NCBI GenBank assembly: GCA_032718475.1
Contig: JAUCBJ010008465.1
Span: forward strand, 1-41,531
Source: Nemertoderma westbladi
Lineage: Eukaryota; Animalia; Xenacoelomorpha
Length of the DNA: 41,531 nucleotides
Reading direction: 5' to 3'
The notes under the pieces: generated by a model
The model's input: only the letters and a program-made list of their open reading frames with translations
Database searches by the model: none
What the model was told of the DNA's origin: nothing
Part shown: piece after piece, positions 1-13,639 of the stretch
Numbering within the stretch: the stretch's first letter is position 1
How the letters are laid out: each line of letters opens with the position of its first letter
Made by a program: the position numbers and the translations under genes

Positions 1-459
1 TAACGAAGCTGTGGGTATGAATAATTTAAGCTCTATCGCAGGCCCCATTCACGCAGGCCCCATTCACGCATTGATGATTGGGTTAGTCATGCTATGGCTA
101 ATAAGAGCCCGAACAGCCACAGATTATTGAGGGGTTGAGCTAGGACCAAACTGGGGCCACTTTATTTTGGTGAAAGGGTATATTTATGTTTTGGGCCTCG
201 ATTGCGTCTTTATATTTAATTCTATCATTTTATTGTACGGCAAAAATAATACAAATGTATTGTATATTGTAATGTACAGTGCCTATTGTATTGTATATTT
301 CATTTGTTATAGTACAATTTATTCATCTCGCGTCCCCCTATCTGATTGATTTGTATCAAATTAAATTGCCTTTGGCAACATTATTTGATACGAGTCGATT
401 GATTAAACAATTAATTAATTGTTTAATCGACCAATTAATTAATTGATTAATTAATTAAT

Positions 460-860
460 GACCTACTTAACACCCAAGGTGTGAAGTTGGTCCAAACTGT
501 CGCCGAAGTAGGGTAAACCATTACTACTGATGATGTTATAGGATTTGAGAAAACGGGTACATACTGACCCTGTGGAGCTTCACATATATCGTTGAGATCG
601 GTAATGACCTTATCATCAATTAGGAAAGGTACAATTTTACAGGTACAAGAAAGGAGAGGTTTTTGCGTTTTCTGAAAATGATCCTTCTTGTTTATCGTAT
701 TTTGAGTTTATCACGTTTGATTCGTGGGGAAACATTCTCGAAACAAGCTTCCCTCTAATGTTTTGATGAATGTTTCAGTCATATCATCAACAGATTTATG
801 AAGTAGTCCCGAGCGAATTGTCTAGATTTGCATGTGTGCGAAGGTCCCATAGACGTGTAC
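460..860 (-). mobile_element. Degraded non-LTR retrotransposon (CR1/Jockey-like) ORF2 linker fragment
   Basis: Hand translation of the minus strand gives PFLIDDKVITDLNDICEAPQGQYVPVFSNP and RRIIFRKRKNL, resembling the EN-RT linker of CR1/L2-group LINEs; interrupted by stops. Boundaries approximate. Confidence 0.35.
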
Positions 861-1090
861 TGTTATTGTATTTCAAACACAACAAATTTTGGATCCTTTC
901 CAAAATGTTGGCTATAAATTTTGTATTGCCAAAAACTATCTAAATATATTGGAAATTTGAAATAGTGAAATATCACCACATTATAAATTCCTGTTATATT
1001 TGTAAATATTTAATTATATTTAATGATAGGTTGATCATTAACCCGCATTAATTTTTTAAACAAAATTAATATTAATTTATTTATTTATAG

Positions 1091-1291
1091 GTATTGGTTA
1101 TTAATAATGTCAATGATGAAGTTTATTTGCGAGGGCTTGATAGTAACATTGATCAGCTATGTGACACAATATCATCCTCGGCTCTTGTCATCAGTGTACC
1201 ATGTCAAGGATTGAATGGAAGATATACCATTATCTTTCATGGAGCAAATGTCATCAACATAGAGGAGGTGGAAGTTTTTGAACAGATATAG
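1091..1291 (+). CDS. Probable coding exon: C-terminal half of an F-type lectin (FTP / F5-8 type C-like) domain
   Basis: Acceptor tttatag (1084-1090) and donor GTAAGT (1292-1297) bracket a 201-nt frame LCDTISSSALVISVPCQGLNGRYTIIFHGANVINIEEVEVF, matching the C..C..GRYV.I....L.LCEVEV ending of fucolectin domains. Other exons not found in the window. Confidence 0.5.
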   Translation, partial: VLVINNVNDEVYLRGLDSNIDQLCDTISSSALVISVPCQGLNGRYTIIFHGANVINIEEVEVFEQI

Positions 1292-1599
1292 GTAAGTTTA
1301 TTCAGAAAATGTTCTGAAAATTACTAAGAAGTTACTCACTATTGCAATGGATTAATAATATTAGGGCAAATTATAAACGAATCCAAATAAACGAATGATC
1401 ATGGGAGAAATATGTTTATAATGTAAGAGTGATTTTTATTTCATTTAATGTATGTGAGCAGTATTTTACATAAGTTGGGGCTCTCTAGTTAGGGTTGCTA
1501 AAATTTCATCCAGAGCCTGGAGTTTTCTCCAGGTTATATAATCGCGCTTAATAATTCATATGGACGCGAACAATGTGTTGATGCTTTATTTTACAGAGA

Positions 1600-2235
1600 T
1601 ATGATTAATAATATATGGGAAGGCACGCAAATTTTACTTAATTTTTTGAGAATGTACGTTATAGGCCAACATTAAGTGCGTATATATCGTTGAGCACAAC
1701 TTTTCACATTTAACAAACAATTTCTGGCCATACTCAACACTATCGAATTATGCTCAATTCCCTCTACCGTGAAAAGACGAATTGCAACATGTAAATATAA
1801 GAACATGTTCAAAGAATGCACTCGGCAACACTCCACTTAGTACAACTGGATCTGTTTACAATAAGAACTGTCTAAATTCAGTTGCCTTCTATATGTCTAT
1901 TTCATGCGTTCCTCTGGTTCTCCAGCAAACTCACATGGGACTTGCTACCTTAGTGAAATTAGACGACTTGATATTGAATTTGAAATTCTAGAATGCATCC
2001 TGCTGAAAAGTGGTTCCTTAATCCAACCTCTTAAAATCTTCATAATCAACATTAGAAAAACTCGTATGTATGAAAACCTTTGCATTGCAAAGGTATGAAT
2101 CATGTCAATATCAAGGTCATTATGGTTGTGCCACAGTGATCAGTGTTGGATTTACCTCTAAATGAAGAATCTGTGAAGAAAGTGTAGAATTATATTCAAG
2201 GAAATAAATGGCAACGATAGCCATTCACGTTAACA
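1600..2235 (-). mobile_element. CACTA/EnSpm (CMC)-like transposase relic
   Basis: Minus-strand translation across stops and frameshifts: FTDSSFR, DIDMIHTF, VPCEFA..PRG..EIDI*KATEFRQFLL*TDPVVLSGVLP, LHVAIRLF, AYNVHS. These match the WKATEFRQFLLYTGPVVL / LHVAIRIL / YNVH blocks of animal EnSpm-like transposases. Confidence 0.7.
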
Positions 2236-2239
2236 TATG

Positions 2240-3002
2240 TGTTATATATGTATAAGCCAATATCCTACTTTAGGCCTACTAAGGCTGTTACTAGGTGGCA
2301 GGAAATTCAAATGTATCTGAGAGTCAATCCTAACTGTCCAATATCCCCCAACATACAAAGAAAAACTAGTAACAGTCAATCAAGTTCACACCTTCTATTG
2401 TTATGGAAGCGATTGCAAAATCTAAACCTACAGGAGCACCAGGACCCAATCCAATGGAATTCAACCAATAATGTTGAAGAAGCTTTCGAATGAACTTACC
2501 AGACCACTCTCAGAATCACCGTTCTAGTTCAAAACCCAGAGTCGAAACTGGTAATTATCGCCGATACCATCTTCGATTTCCATCAGGGCGTATTTTGTGG
2601 CGAAATCGAAAGTTTATTCGCCCAATTCAAGAAGATTTGTTGACACAAGACGAAAAGCGTAGTATCCCAGAGTCTCCAAGCCAGCGTCGGAGTGATCGAA
2701 TTAAATCACAACCACTAACGCCTCACTTACTATTGAATTTCAAAACTCAAAGATAATAATACGGTCTAACTTGGAAGTTCTTAATTTATATATCATGCAG
2801 ACATTTAAGTGAAACTGGTGATGGTTATTTTACAAACATAACTACAGTAACATTAACAGAGATTTCTATAAATCAAATTTCAAAGTATGAAATTCGAAAA
2901 AGGGGAGTTGTTATATATGTTATATGTATAAGCCAATATACTAACTGTATAGTCCTACTAAGGGTTTTACTAGGTGGCGGGAAATTCAAATGTATCTGAG
3001 AG
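2240..3002 (+). mobile_element. Collapsed Ty3/Gypsy LTR element relic (two LTR 5' fragments, integrase C-terminus, PPT)
   Basis: ~85-95 bp direct repeats starting TGTTATATATG at 2240-2323 and 2909-3002; purine tract GAAAAAGGGGAG (2896-2907) just before the second; peptide GNYRRYHLRFPSGRILWRNRKFIRP typical of Gypsy integrase C-termini. Confidence 0.55.
2375..2515 (+). mobile_element. Short CR1/L2-type RT N-terminal fragment inside the Gypsy relic
   Basis: IKFTPSIVMEAIAKSKPTGAPGP / GIQPIMLKKLSNELTRPLS (one frameshift) resembles the K..KSPGPDGI...LK.....L..PL motif. Confidence 0.45.
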
Positions 3003-3194
3003 CAGTAATCACGAGATCATTATTACTTCACTGCTGCATAGCAGTTATATCTGGTTATATTTTATTGCTTATTTGCGATTATTATAATATGTCACATAAA
3101 AAATATGCAGAATGCAATTTTATGTTCAATTTGATTTCATATTGAATTTGAGCAATGTAATCACAGAAACAGATAGAAGAAGACTTAATTTAAT

Positions 3195-3720
3195 AAAATA
3201 ATTATTACTACATACTTAAAAAAATATCAAAAAGTTCTGGAATTGTCTATAAACTACGCTATATCTTCCCACTAAATATCCTATATCAACTTGATTTTAC
3301 ACTAATCCGCCCATACCTACAGTATGGTATTCTACTTTGGGGAAGTAGACATTCCGCCACCCTATACATAAGTATAATATAAATATAAAATATAAATCGT
3401 TTTAATGACGGGTTTATTATTGTACTGTAGGTTTCAAATTTCGTATCACTTAATGGTTTTATCTAAAATACGATCCTTCAGTTTACTTGGATCCGTGGGT
3501 TCTAACTCTAAGGATCTCATTAGAAGTTTATATCCGGGAGTTTTTTCTTTCTTAAATATTTCCTTAACCTTGTTTACAGGTAAATTTCTATCACTCCAAA
3601 TAAAACTTTTTGTATTGTATTTTAATATTGTATTTGTATCTTAAGTAACATTAAGGACCCTCTTGGAAATAAGCTGCAAAGCTTTAGGGGTAGGCCTAAT
3701 CCTATATGTTATGTTGGACA
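3195..3720 (+). mobile_element. L2/Crack-type LINE 3' end relic
   Basis: YILKKISKSSGIVYKLRYIFPLNILYQLDFTLIRPYLQYGILLWGS (about 3208-3348) is a typical post-RT ORF2 segment; GGACCCTCTTGGAAATAAGCTG..GCTTT at ~3655-3685 resembles an L2-group 3' UTR. Confidence 0.55.
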
Positions 3721-3769
3721 AAACCTATATACATTGATTGGTGTATTTGTTATTGTTTTTACATAATGT

Positions 3770-3832
3770 ATCCATATATATCTATATATCTATCCATCTA
3801 TCTATATATCTATAGATAGATCGATAGATAGA
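3770..3832. repeat. (TATC)/(GATA) microsatellite, continued at 4459-4478
   Basis: tatctatc and gatagata runs flank the RTE copy on both sides. Confidence 0.8.
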
Positions 3833-3859
3833 TGAATCACCTCTCTTAGGATCACCTAG

Positions 3860-4459
3860 GTGGATCACTCACCGGAAGTCAGATGAGGACCTTCGAATAC
3901 GTAAGGGAAAGGCATGGGCAGCCTTGAATAGGCTTTCCAGGATTTGGAAGTCACCGAGAATTAATCGGAAACTTAAGGTCCGATTATTTAGAGCAGCAGT
4001 AGTTCCAGTACTCCTCAATGGGAGTCCATGCTGGGCTCTAACTGCTGAGAACACCAAATCTCTGGATGGCACATTCACAAGAATGCTACGCCGGGTTCAT
4101 TGTGTCAAGTACAATGCACACATCTCCAACCAGACACTATATAACATTGGAGGTGTCTCTTTGGTTCCCCCAAGCTTGACACTAGAACAAAATCGCCTCC
4201 GCTTTGCAGGACATTGCTTTCGCCGTGAGGACCAACCAGTGCATAATCTTGTACTTTGGCAGCCTCATGGAGTGAATAAGCGTGGTGGACAGCCCATGAC
4301 TTTCTTGAGACGCATCTTAAAGGACACTGGCCTTGAAGATGCGGATGATCTAGCAAATGTCATGGGTGATAGGGAGTTGCGGCGGCGCAATTTTGTCGAC
4401 AAGCCGGCATAGCATTCTTAAAAATGCAGCTGCAATGCAGCATGCCGATCCTAGTAGTA
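3860..4459 (+). mobile_element. RTE-clade LINE, family A, 5'-truncated
   Basis: ORF 3924-4412 (IWKS..LKVRLFRAAV..VLLNG..WALT..RLRFAGHC..LWQP.G..RGG) is an RTE ORF C-terminus; ends CCTAGTAGTA; homologous to 19892-20850. Confidence 0.88.
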
Positions 4460-5202
4460 TCTATCTATCTATCTATCTAAAACTTTATTAATAAAAAATT
4501 GTCTTCTCATCAATAGCCTATTATTCAGTGGATGCAAACCTAAGAAACGTATATCATTCGGTGTCTGGACCCTAACCGAAAGTTCCTTCACCATTCTTAT
4601 GTACAACGAATATATTAATTATCTCAATATTGCTACATATGTTGTTTATCTCCATTATGAATCCTTATTACACTAAATTTCCATTTCAACCAATCGTGTA
4701 TCAGCTCAAGTATAACTACTAACTAGCAATAATTTATTTTTATACGTGTTGTTTATCTCAATTCTCTCGGTTTGAATCCTAATGTTCCCTAAATCCGCAG
4801 TTGCGTATGAACATTTTACCTTGTTGCTATGGAAACCTGTATCAACTCCATATCATTACTAACCAAACCATGTTATATTGTTAGACATGTTATTTATCAC
4901 AAGTTTCAAACATAATTACATTAAATATACATTGATTGCTAGGAAAAGGTCACCTTGTTGCTATGGAAACCTGTACTTGACTTCTATTGTTAAACTAACC
5001 AAGTCATATAATCGTAATTTTTCTATATGGCGAGTTTCATTTATATGAAAAATTCACCCTGTTACTAGGGAAGTAGTCAAATATTTTTGTACACAGGTCT
5101 GATTATTCTAAAAAAAATTTTTACTTACTTATCATATAGTGAGATTTTCATGATTTTGTCCGGCAATAATTAAAGATTTTGCTGTTTTTGAGCCATGAAA
5201 TT

Positions 5203-5765
5203 TTGATGGAAACTTGACAACAGACGATAATAATGGATAGAGAATAGCAAAAAAGGAAAACAAGAGCATGGATAGCTCTATCAAAAATGGATACCATCTG
5301 GAAATCAGTCTCTCCAGGCAGCTGAAGACTAAGTTCTTTCGAGCCACAGTGGAAAGTGTATTTTTATACGGGGGTGAGACCTGGACACTGACTAAATCAC
5401 TTGAACAACGAATTGATGGTTGCTACACAAGACTACAAAGGGCTGCCATAAACATCAGGATGGAGACAACACATGACAAACGCCGAGCTTTATGGTACAA
5501 TACCACCTGTATCAACCACCCTCCGTGAACGCAGATTAAGATTCAGTCAGTGGGCACTGCTGGCGAAGTAAAGACGAGGTCATACCAGATCTACTTTTCT
5601 GGCAACCCACTCATGGAAAGCGTAGTCGTGGACGACCGGCCATAACATATATAGATCAACTTGAAAGGGATGCTGAACTTGGGAGAGGCGAAATTGCGAC
5701 AACTGTGGAGAATCGGAAGCTGTCTGAGAACTGTCTGAGTTCGCTCGACCTAGTAGTAGTAGTAG
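5203..5765 (+). mobile_element. RTE-clade LINE, family B, short degraded copy
   Basis: KTKFFRATVESVFLYGGETWTLTKSLEQRIDGCYTRL; (TAG)n tail; closely matches ~15235-15850 with deletions. Confidence 0.9.
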
Positions 5766-6365
5766 ATCTTTAAGCGACCCCACTGAATTATTATTAATTA
5801 ATTTCAAACATCTAATTTCTGTAAATCTAATTATTAATTGCAGATTGATGGTAAATCTAATCCCTTCTCTAAACCATCGCTGAGGCATGAAACTGCCAGA
5901 TAACCCAGAATTATGTTTAATATACATTTATTGACGTCATGATATCAAACTTATTGAACTTAACATACTCAGAAATAAATTAGTTGTAGTTGTAGTTTTT
6001 AGGTGTGTTTTTTTAATAAAATCAAAAGGTGTACACAAAAAATATTGCAATATACAATTAATAACTTCATTTAGTTTATCCATTATTGATATTTTATAGT
6101 TGTTACATATTAAATGTGGGAAAATTACAAAGGATCTGTGTGCATCGAATAATCAAACTACTATAATATATGCTGGAGCCAAGTAAATAAAAAAATATAT
6201 TATAGGTGTAAATGTGGTACACATTTGTTGATGTTGTGTTATTCTTTGTTTATTTTTCCTATATTGTTTATATATATTTGAAAAAAAAATGTCAAGTTTT
6301 CAAATTCAATAATTTAGGCGCCTGCAGCCATTAGCTAAAAGCTCCTCCACCTGATATCCTTGTCA

Positions 6366-7230
6366 GGATAGTTATTTTTACAGAACACAAGCGAACACAC
6401 AAGAACACACTCCAAAAACTGCCGAACACAATCGAACACAGTCGAAAATAGAAAGAGCACAAAAAAATAACACCGGGTACCAACTTTTAGATAAAATTAG
6501 CCACGCGTTGCTTTTCTATAAGAAAATTCCCGAAATTGTTGAATAAAATTATCGCGAAATTAAATATTCCTTTCTTATCAGGTAGGCCTATTATTTGTTG
6601 TGTACTGCTGTACTGTACAACAAACTATGTAGGGAAACCTACCGGGAACCGTACCTGTCACATATATAGTAATAGCGGGTTAGCGACAGTAATAGACCTG
6701 TTTGCCTGCGCACTGCGGAATAGCTTGGCCTGGGACTGATTACTGAGGGTATGAATTAGGATGTTAGGCCCATTACCGTACGTACTGTACATGACGTACG
6801 GTACAACACGTCGGTACAACATAGGTACCGGTACCTACTTGCCTACTGCTGCACTGGAATTTAAAGAGCTGGGTCCCGGTTAGGTACCCACCCTGACAGA
6901 GTGTCAGGTACCGGTAGGGTTCTCTGTCCCGGTGCTAACCATACTTAACTTAGGCAGATACTACTATGTTAAATTATTAGTTTTCGGCTTAGGCTAGGCC
7001 TTATCTGATAAGAAAGGAATATTTAATTTCGCGACAATTTTATTCAATAATTTCGGGAATTTTCTTATAGAAAAGCAACGCGTGGCTAATTTTATCTAAA
7101 AGTTGGTACCCGGTGTTATTTTTTTGTGCTCTTTCTATTTTCGACTGTGTTCGATTGTGTTCGGCAGTTTTTGGAGTGTGTTCGAGTGTGTTCTACTGTG
7201 TTCGCTTGTGTTCCGTAAAAAGATATATCC
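6366..7230. mobile_element. Non-autonomous DNA transposon / MITE with ~225-bp terminal inverted repeats
   Basis: 6366-6590 is a near-perfect reverse complement of 6996-7230 (GGATA...TATCC); flanked by TGTCA at 6361-6365 and 7231-7235; no credible coding capacity. Confidence 0.88.
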
Positions 7231-8414
7231 TGTCACGTTCCCATTTTACAATTTTACTTTAAAGAGTGAATAAAAGAGGAGTAAAATCATGTACATTAAT
7301 GTACAGAGCTCCTGTATTTCTTACGAAACAGAATATGGTATATATGGCGCTTGTGACCACTGGGTTCCTTTATGTGTCCAGAGCTTTCCAGTTCGCTTCT
7401 TGAACTGGGTCCCACGCGAGGACAACACATTTCCAGATTTTAAGTCCTGAAAATGGACTGCATTTCGGTTGACACGATCACCGTTGAAAAAAAGCGGTAT
7501 TTTCCGCTTTTCCACTCTTTGGCATTTTAACACTCGCTTCGCTCGTGCTGAAAACTTGCCAACTCTTGTAAAACTTAACCACTCGGACAGAATAGTTGAA
7601 TTTCGCTAAATTGAAAATGAGTGAAAAAAAGCGGTGTTTTCCGCTTACTTTTTTTTTATCGAATAATAGTCCTATTTTAAAGGGTGTTAAAGTGAAACAA
7701 TTTAATAAACTTGTTAATTTCGATATCTTAGTTTGCGGTGGTAATTATTTATTATTATAATTCGTTGAAGATTATTATTTTTAATTTTCTAGATAGAGTA
7801 CTTTTTGATTGCAATTTTTGATTTTAGTGTTTTGATTATTCCATATTTTTGCACCACATAATTTTCACGATTGTTGTGTATTTATTAAGAATAAAAAAAA
7901 GGAATAAAAAAATTATTTAATGTAGTTGAGCGAGTGTTATATGAGTGTATTTTTGTGAAGTTTGTTTAAATAAACGTGTGACATAAATGCTTGTTTTTTT
8001 TATTTTTAAATCATTAAGTATTTTTTGATGTTTTTAAAAGGAGCACAGAGGATTAATGAAAGGCAGAGGTATTAACAGGAAATTTGTGTTTTAAAAGTAA
8101 TATATTTTTAGGTGTGGAGGCAACCCAATTTGTAAATATTATTACAACTTACATTATGCCGATAGTATTGATACTGAAATATTAATTTATCATCTCAACA
8201 CCTCACGAAATTATTTAGCTAATTATTCTAAAGAATCAGGATTAAATACTCAGTCAATCATTTTGCACGATAAAGCAAGTTGGTTTATTACAGTAGTGGC
8301 ACCTTACACTAGCAGTTCCTGCCTCTATTCCCTAAAGATGTAATTACCCGTTACCAAGTAGTGGTGAGATGATTGGACTGGTAGGCAATAGCAACTAATG
8401 GGCCAACTAAGCAT

Positions 8415-8661
8415 TAGAGATACCAGATGCAAAAATCGTTTCCGACGTAGACTAGTGATGCAAGATGCATCGTATTTTATTTTATATATTGATAGCTTTT
8501 ATGTTATTTATTTATTTTAATGTATATTTCAAAGACTTTATCATGCATCTTGCATCTCTAGTGTACGGCCTCCCATAGTCTACCAAGTATTCTATAATTC
8601 GAGATGCAAGATGCAAAAATAGAACATCGAGGATGTCCTTTTTTGCATCTTGCATCTCTAG
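8415..8661. mobile_element. Nested/composite small MITE with TAGAGATGCAAGATGCA-type inverted termini (hAT-like)
   Basis: Forward motif copies at ~8415, 8453 and 8601, inverted copies (TGCATCTTGCATCTCTAG) ending at 8561 and 8661; no clean 8-bp TSD. Confidence 0.5.
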
Positions 8662-9189
8662 TTTGCGGCGGGCCTAGTAGGCAATAGCAAGTATGTCTGG
8701 AAGTATAGAGTGACGGGATGCATTTTGATAGTTTAATTACGTTTAGATCAAGTAAAAACACATTTCTTAAAGCAAATCACTTGAACTAATTAAAAACTAT
8801 AATTGAATAGGGTATGGGGAATACAGTTGTATAATTGTTAAGTATAATTATTTAAATCTTATACGAGAAAATAATTAATATCCTTTAAGAGGCAGGTTGA
8901 AAAGGCTGTTTTTACCGTAATCAACTTAATTAACTAATTAACTGCTATTATCTTAGCTTCTCGAAGGCCATACGGATATTCAACTTGGAAAATTTCTAAA
9001 CTTTTGCCAAACAACATGTGTACCAAGTTTGGATAGATTATATCGATATTTGGCTGAGTTATTAACGTCCGTGTGCTAAGCTCGCTTACTTTCGTGGCTC
9101 GCCCCACAATTCGGCAGATCCTTTATTTATATAATGTAAGAATAATGAATTCTGATACCTTAGCATTGTAATTTATTTAAAAGAATTTG

Positions 9190-10290
9190 GTGGTTTAGGG
9201 TATCAAAGGCTTTCCTCAAGTCAATAGAAATAAGGCATGTAGATACTCTGGCATTTTTTAATATATCGGGAAAAAATGTTATTTATGGATAATATAAATT
9301 AATTTTGTTAGGTGTGGAGCTATCTATATCATACGCAGCAATCTTAACTAATTTTACTGGGAAAGTATCATTTGTTGAGCTATTATTGTTTTTATATATT
9401 ATATTGAAATCGCTTCTACGGCCGTTGTTTCTAAAAGGTTAAAGCTATTGGGTTTTTTGTAATTGATATATCGCGTTGGATTTCTATCACTTTTTGGAAA
9501 GTTGGGGTCCTATATTTACAAAATGTTCATTGAATATATTACTTATATTTTTTTCATTTGATTCTTCTTTATTACCAGACATGGTCTTCTGGGTTTAATT
9601 TTATTGGTGTGCCTCGATTTTAGGTTTTGTTTATTGCTTGATTAATAATTGATTGCCATGTTTTTTTCATATTATTTTTATGTTTTTAAATTCCAGCTCA
9701 AAATATTTTTTTTCTGCTTTTTTCATTAGTTTCGTTAAATTATTTCTGTACCTTTTATAATATTGTTCTTTTTGCGTGGTTGGTTTTAACATTAATGAGG
9801 ATTTTTTGTAATTGTTGATTTAACTATTGCGGGAGTCATCCATGGTTTTTTTGGAATCTCTCTTTTTTTCATTTCTTTTTTTCGGTAAATGTTTATTAGC
9901 TATAGCCTCAAATTCAGTATAAAATTTTTGAAATACTTTTTCCATTGGTATTTTATTATTCTGATATGTCCAGTTGCGTTTCTTTTGAATGTCTGATGTA
10001 AACTGGTCTTGATTAAATTTGGAATAATCATATATATGCTTTTTATCAATTGGTCTAAAAATATGAATAATTTCGTACACTATCAAAAAGGTGACTAGGT
10101 GATCGGTAAATCCAAAATTACTGTGGAAAACTCCAGGTGTTAATATTTTATTAGATATATTACTAAATATGTGGTCAATCATATTTTTGAAAAATATGTA
10201 ATTCGGGTTGGCTTATCTATTAGTTGTGTCAGTCCCATTTGATTCATAAATTTGTAAATAATTTGTAGCTAGGTTAGAACGTGTGTATTT
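9190..10290 (-). mobile_element. Degraded CR1/L2-group LINE ORF2 (APE endonuclease end and linker)
   Basis: ORF 9820-10182 has IDHIFSN..TDH and YDYSKFN; continues out of frame as KPWMT, YKRYRNNLTKL, NMKKTW, FNEHFVNIGP. Confidence 0.8.
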
Positions 10291-13200
10291 AGCTCTATGT
10301 TGTAGTCGCCTGATAATATTATATCGATATTTTGATAAACTATACACTATATTTGTACACCATATTTACAATATATACTATATATTTACACTATATTTAT
10401 ACACCATATTTACAATATATACAATATATTTACACTATATTTACAATATATACTATATATTTACACTATATTTATACACCATATTTACAATATATACTAT
10501 ATATTTACACTATATTTACAATATATACTATATATTTACACTATATTTACAATATATACTATATATTTACACTATATTTATACACTATATTTACAATATA
10601 TACTATATATTTACACTATATTTACAATATATACTATATATTTACACTATATTTACAATATATACTATATATTTACACTATATTTACAATATATACTATA
10701 TATTTACACTATATTTACAATATATACTATATATTTACACTATATTTATACACTATATTTACAATATATAGTATATAAAATATATTTACACTATATTTAC
10801 AATATATACTATATATTTACACTATATTTACAATTTATACAATATATTTACACTATATTTACAATATATACTATATATTTACACTATAATTATACACTAT
10901 ATTTACAATATATACTATATATTTACACTATATTTACAATATATACTATATATTTACACTATATTTACAATATATACTATATATTTACACTATATTTACA
11001 ATATATACAATATATTTACACTATATTTACAATATATACTATATATTTACACTATATTTACAATATATACTATATATTTACACTATATTTACAATATATA
11101 CATATACAATATATTTACACTATATTTACAATATATACTATATATTTACACTATATTTATACACCATATTTACAATATATACAATATATTTACACTATAT
11201 TTACAATATATACTATATATTTACACTATATTTACAATATATACTATATATTTACACTATATTTACAATATACACTATATATTTACACTATATTTACAAT
11301 ATATACTATATATTTACACTATATTTATACACTATATTTACAATATATACTATATATTTACACTATATTTACAATATATACTATATATTTACACTATATT
11401 TACAATATATACTATATATTTACACTATATTTACAATATATACTATATATTTACACTATATTTACAATATATACTATATATTTACACTATATTTATACAC
11501 TATATTTACAATATATAGTATATAAAATATATTTACACTATATTTACAATATATACTATATATTTACACTATATTTACAATTTATACAATATATTTACAC
11601 TATATTTACAATATATACTATATATTTACACTATAATTATACACTATATTTACAATATATACTATATATTTACACTATATTTACAATATATACTATATAT
11701 TTACACTATATTTACAATATATACTATATATTTACACTATATTTACAATATATACAATATATTTACACTATATTTACAATATATACTATATATTTACACT
11801 ATATTTACAATATATACTATATATTTACACTATATTTACAATATATACATATACAATATATTTACACTATATTTACAATATATACTATATATTTACACTA
11901 TATTTATACACCATATTTACAATATATACAATATATTTACACTATATTTACAATATATACTATATATTTACACTATATTTACAATATATACTATATATTT
12001 ACACTATATTTATACACTATATTTACAATATATACTATATATTTACACTATATTTATACACCATATTTACAATATATACAATATATTTACACTATATTTA
12101 CAATATATACTATATATTTACACTATATTTACAATATATACTATATATTTACACTATATTTACAATATACACTATATATTTACACTATATTTACAATATA
12201 TACTATATATTTACACTATATTTATACACTATATTTACAATATATACTATATATTTACACTATATTTACAATATATACTATATATTTACACTATATTTAC
12301 AATATATACTATATATTTACACTATATTTACAATATATACTATATATTTACACTATATTTACAATATATACTATATATTTACACTATATTTATACACTAT
12401 ATTTACAATATATAGTATATAAAATATATTTACACTATATTTACAATATATACTATATATTTACACTATATTTACAATTTATACAATATATTTACACAAT
12501 ATTTACAATATATACTATATATTTACACTATAATTATACACTATATTTACAATATATACTATATATTTACACTATATTTACAATATATACTATATATTTA
12601 CACTATATTTACAATATATACTATATATTTACACTATATTTACAATATATACAATATATTTACACTATATTTACAATATATACTATATATTTACACTATA
12701 TTTACAATATATACTATATATTTACACTATATTTACAATATATACATATACAATATATTTACACTATATTTACAATATATACTATATATTTACACTATAT
12801 TTATACACCATATTTACAATATATACAATATATTTACACTATATTTACAATATATACTATATATTTACACTATATTTACAATATATACTATATATTTACA
12901 CTATATTTATACACTATATTTACAATATATACTATATATTTACACTATATTTACAATATATACTATATATTTACACTATATTTACAATATATACTATATA
13001 TTTACACTATATTTACAATATATACAATATATTTACACTATATTTACAATATATACTATATATTTACACTATATTTACAATATATACTGTATATTTACAC
13101 TATATTTACAATATATACTATATATTTACACTATATTTACAATATATACTATATATTTACACTATATTTACAATATATACTATATATTTACACTATATTT

Positions 13201-13639
13201 ACAATATATACTGTATATTTACACTATATTTATAAACTATATTTACACTATATTTATACTATATTTATATACTATATATACTATATTTACAATATATACT
13301 ATATATTTACACTATATTTACAATATATACTATATAATTACACTATATTTACAATATATACTATATATTTACACTATATTTACAATATATACTGTATATT
13401 TACACTATATTTATACACTATATTTACAATATATACTATATATTTACACTATATTTACAATATATACTATATATTTACACTATATTTACAATATATACTA
13501 TATATTTACACTATATTTACAATATATACTGTATATTTACACTATATTTACAATATATACTATATATTTACACTATATTTACAATATATACTATATATTT
13601 ACACTATATTTACAATATATACTATATATTTACACTATA

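Noticed and set aside
37-460. 15-bp tandem duplication (37-70) and AT palindrome (401-428)
   Set aside because: Real but short, low-complexity features with no supporting context.
3400-3645. Minus-strand Lys-rich open stretch inside the L2-like relic
   Set aside because: No recognisable motif; interrupted by stops.
7320-7660. Possible Crypton-like non-autonomous fragment (CACTCGCTTCGCTCGTG)
   Set aside because: Resemblance from memory only; boundaries and family cannot be supported.
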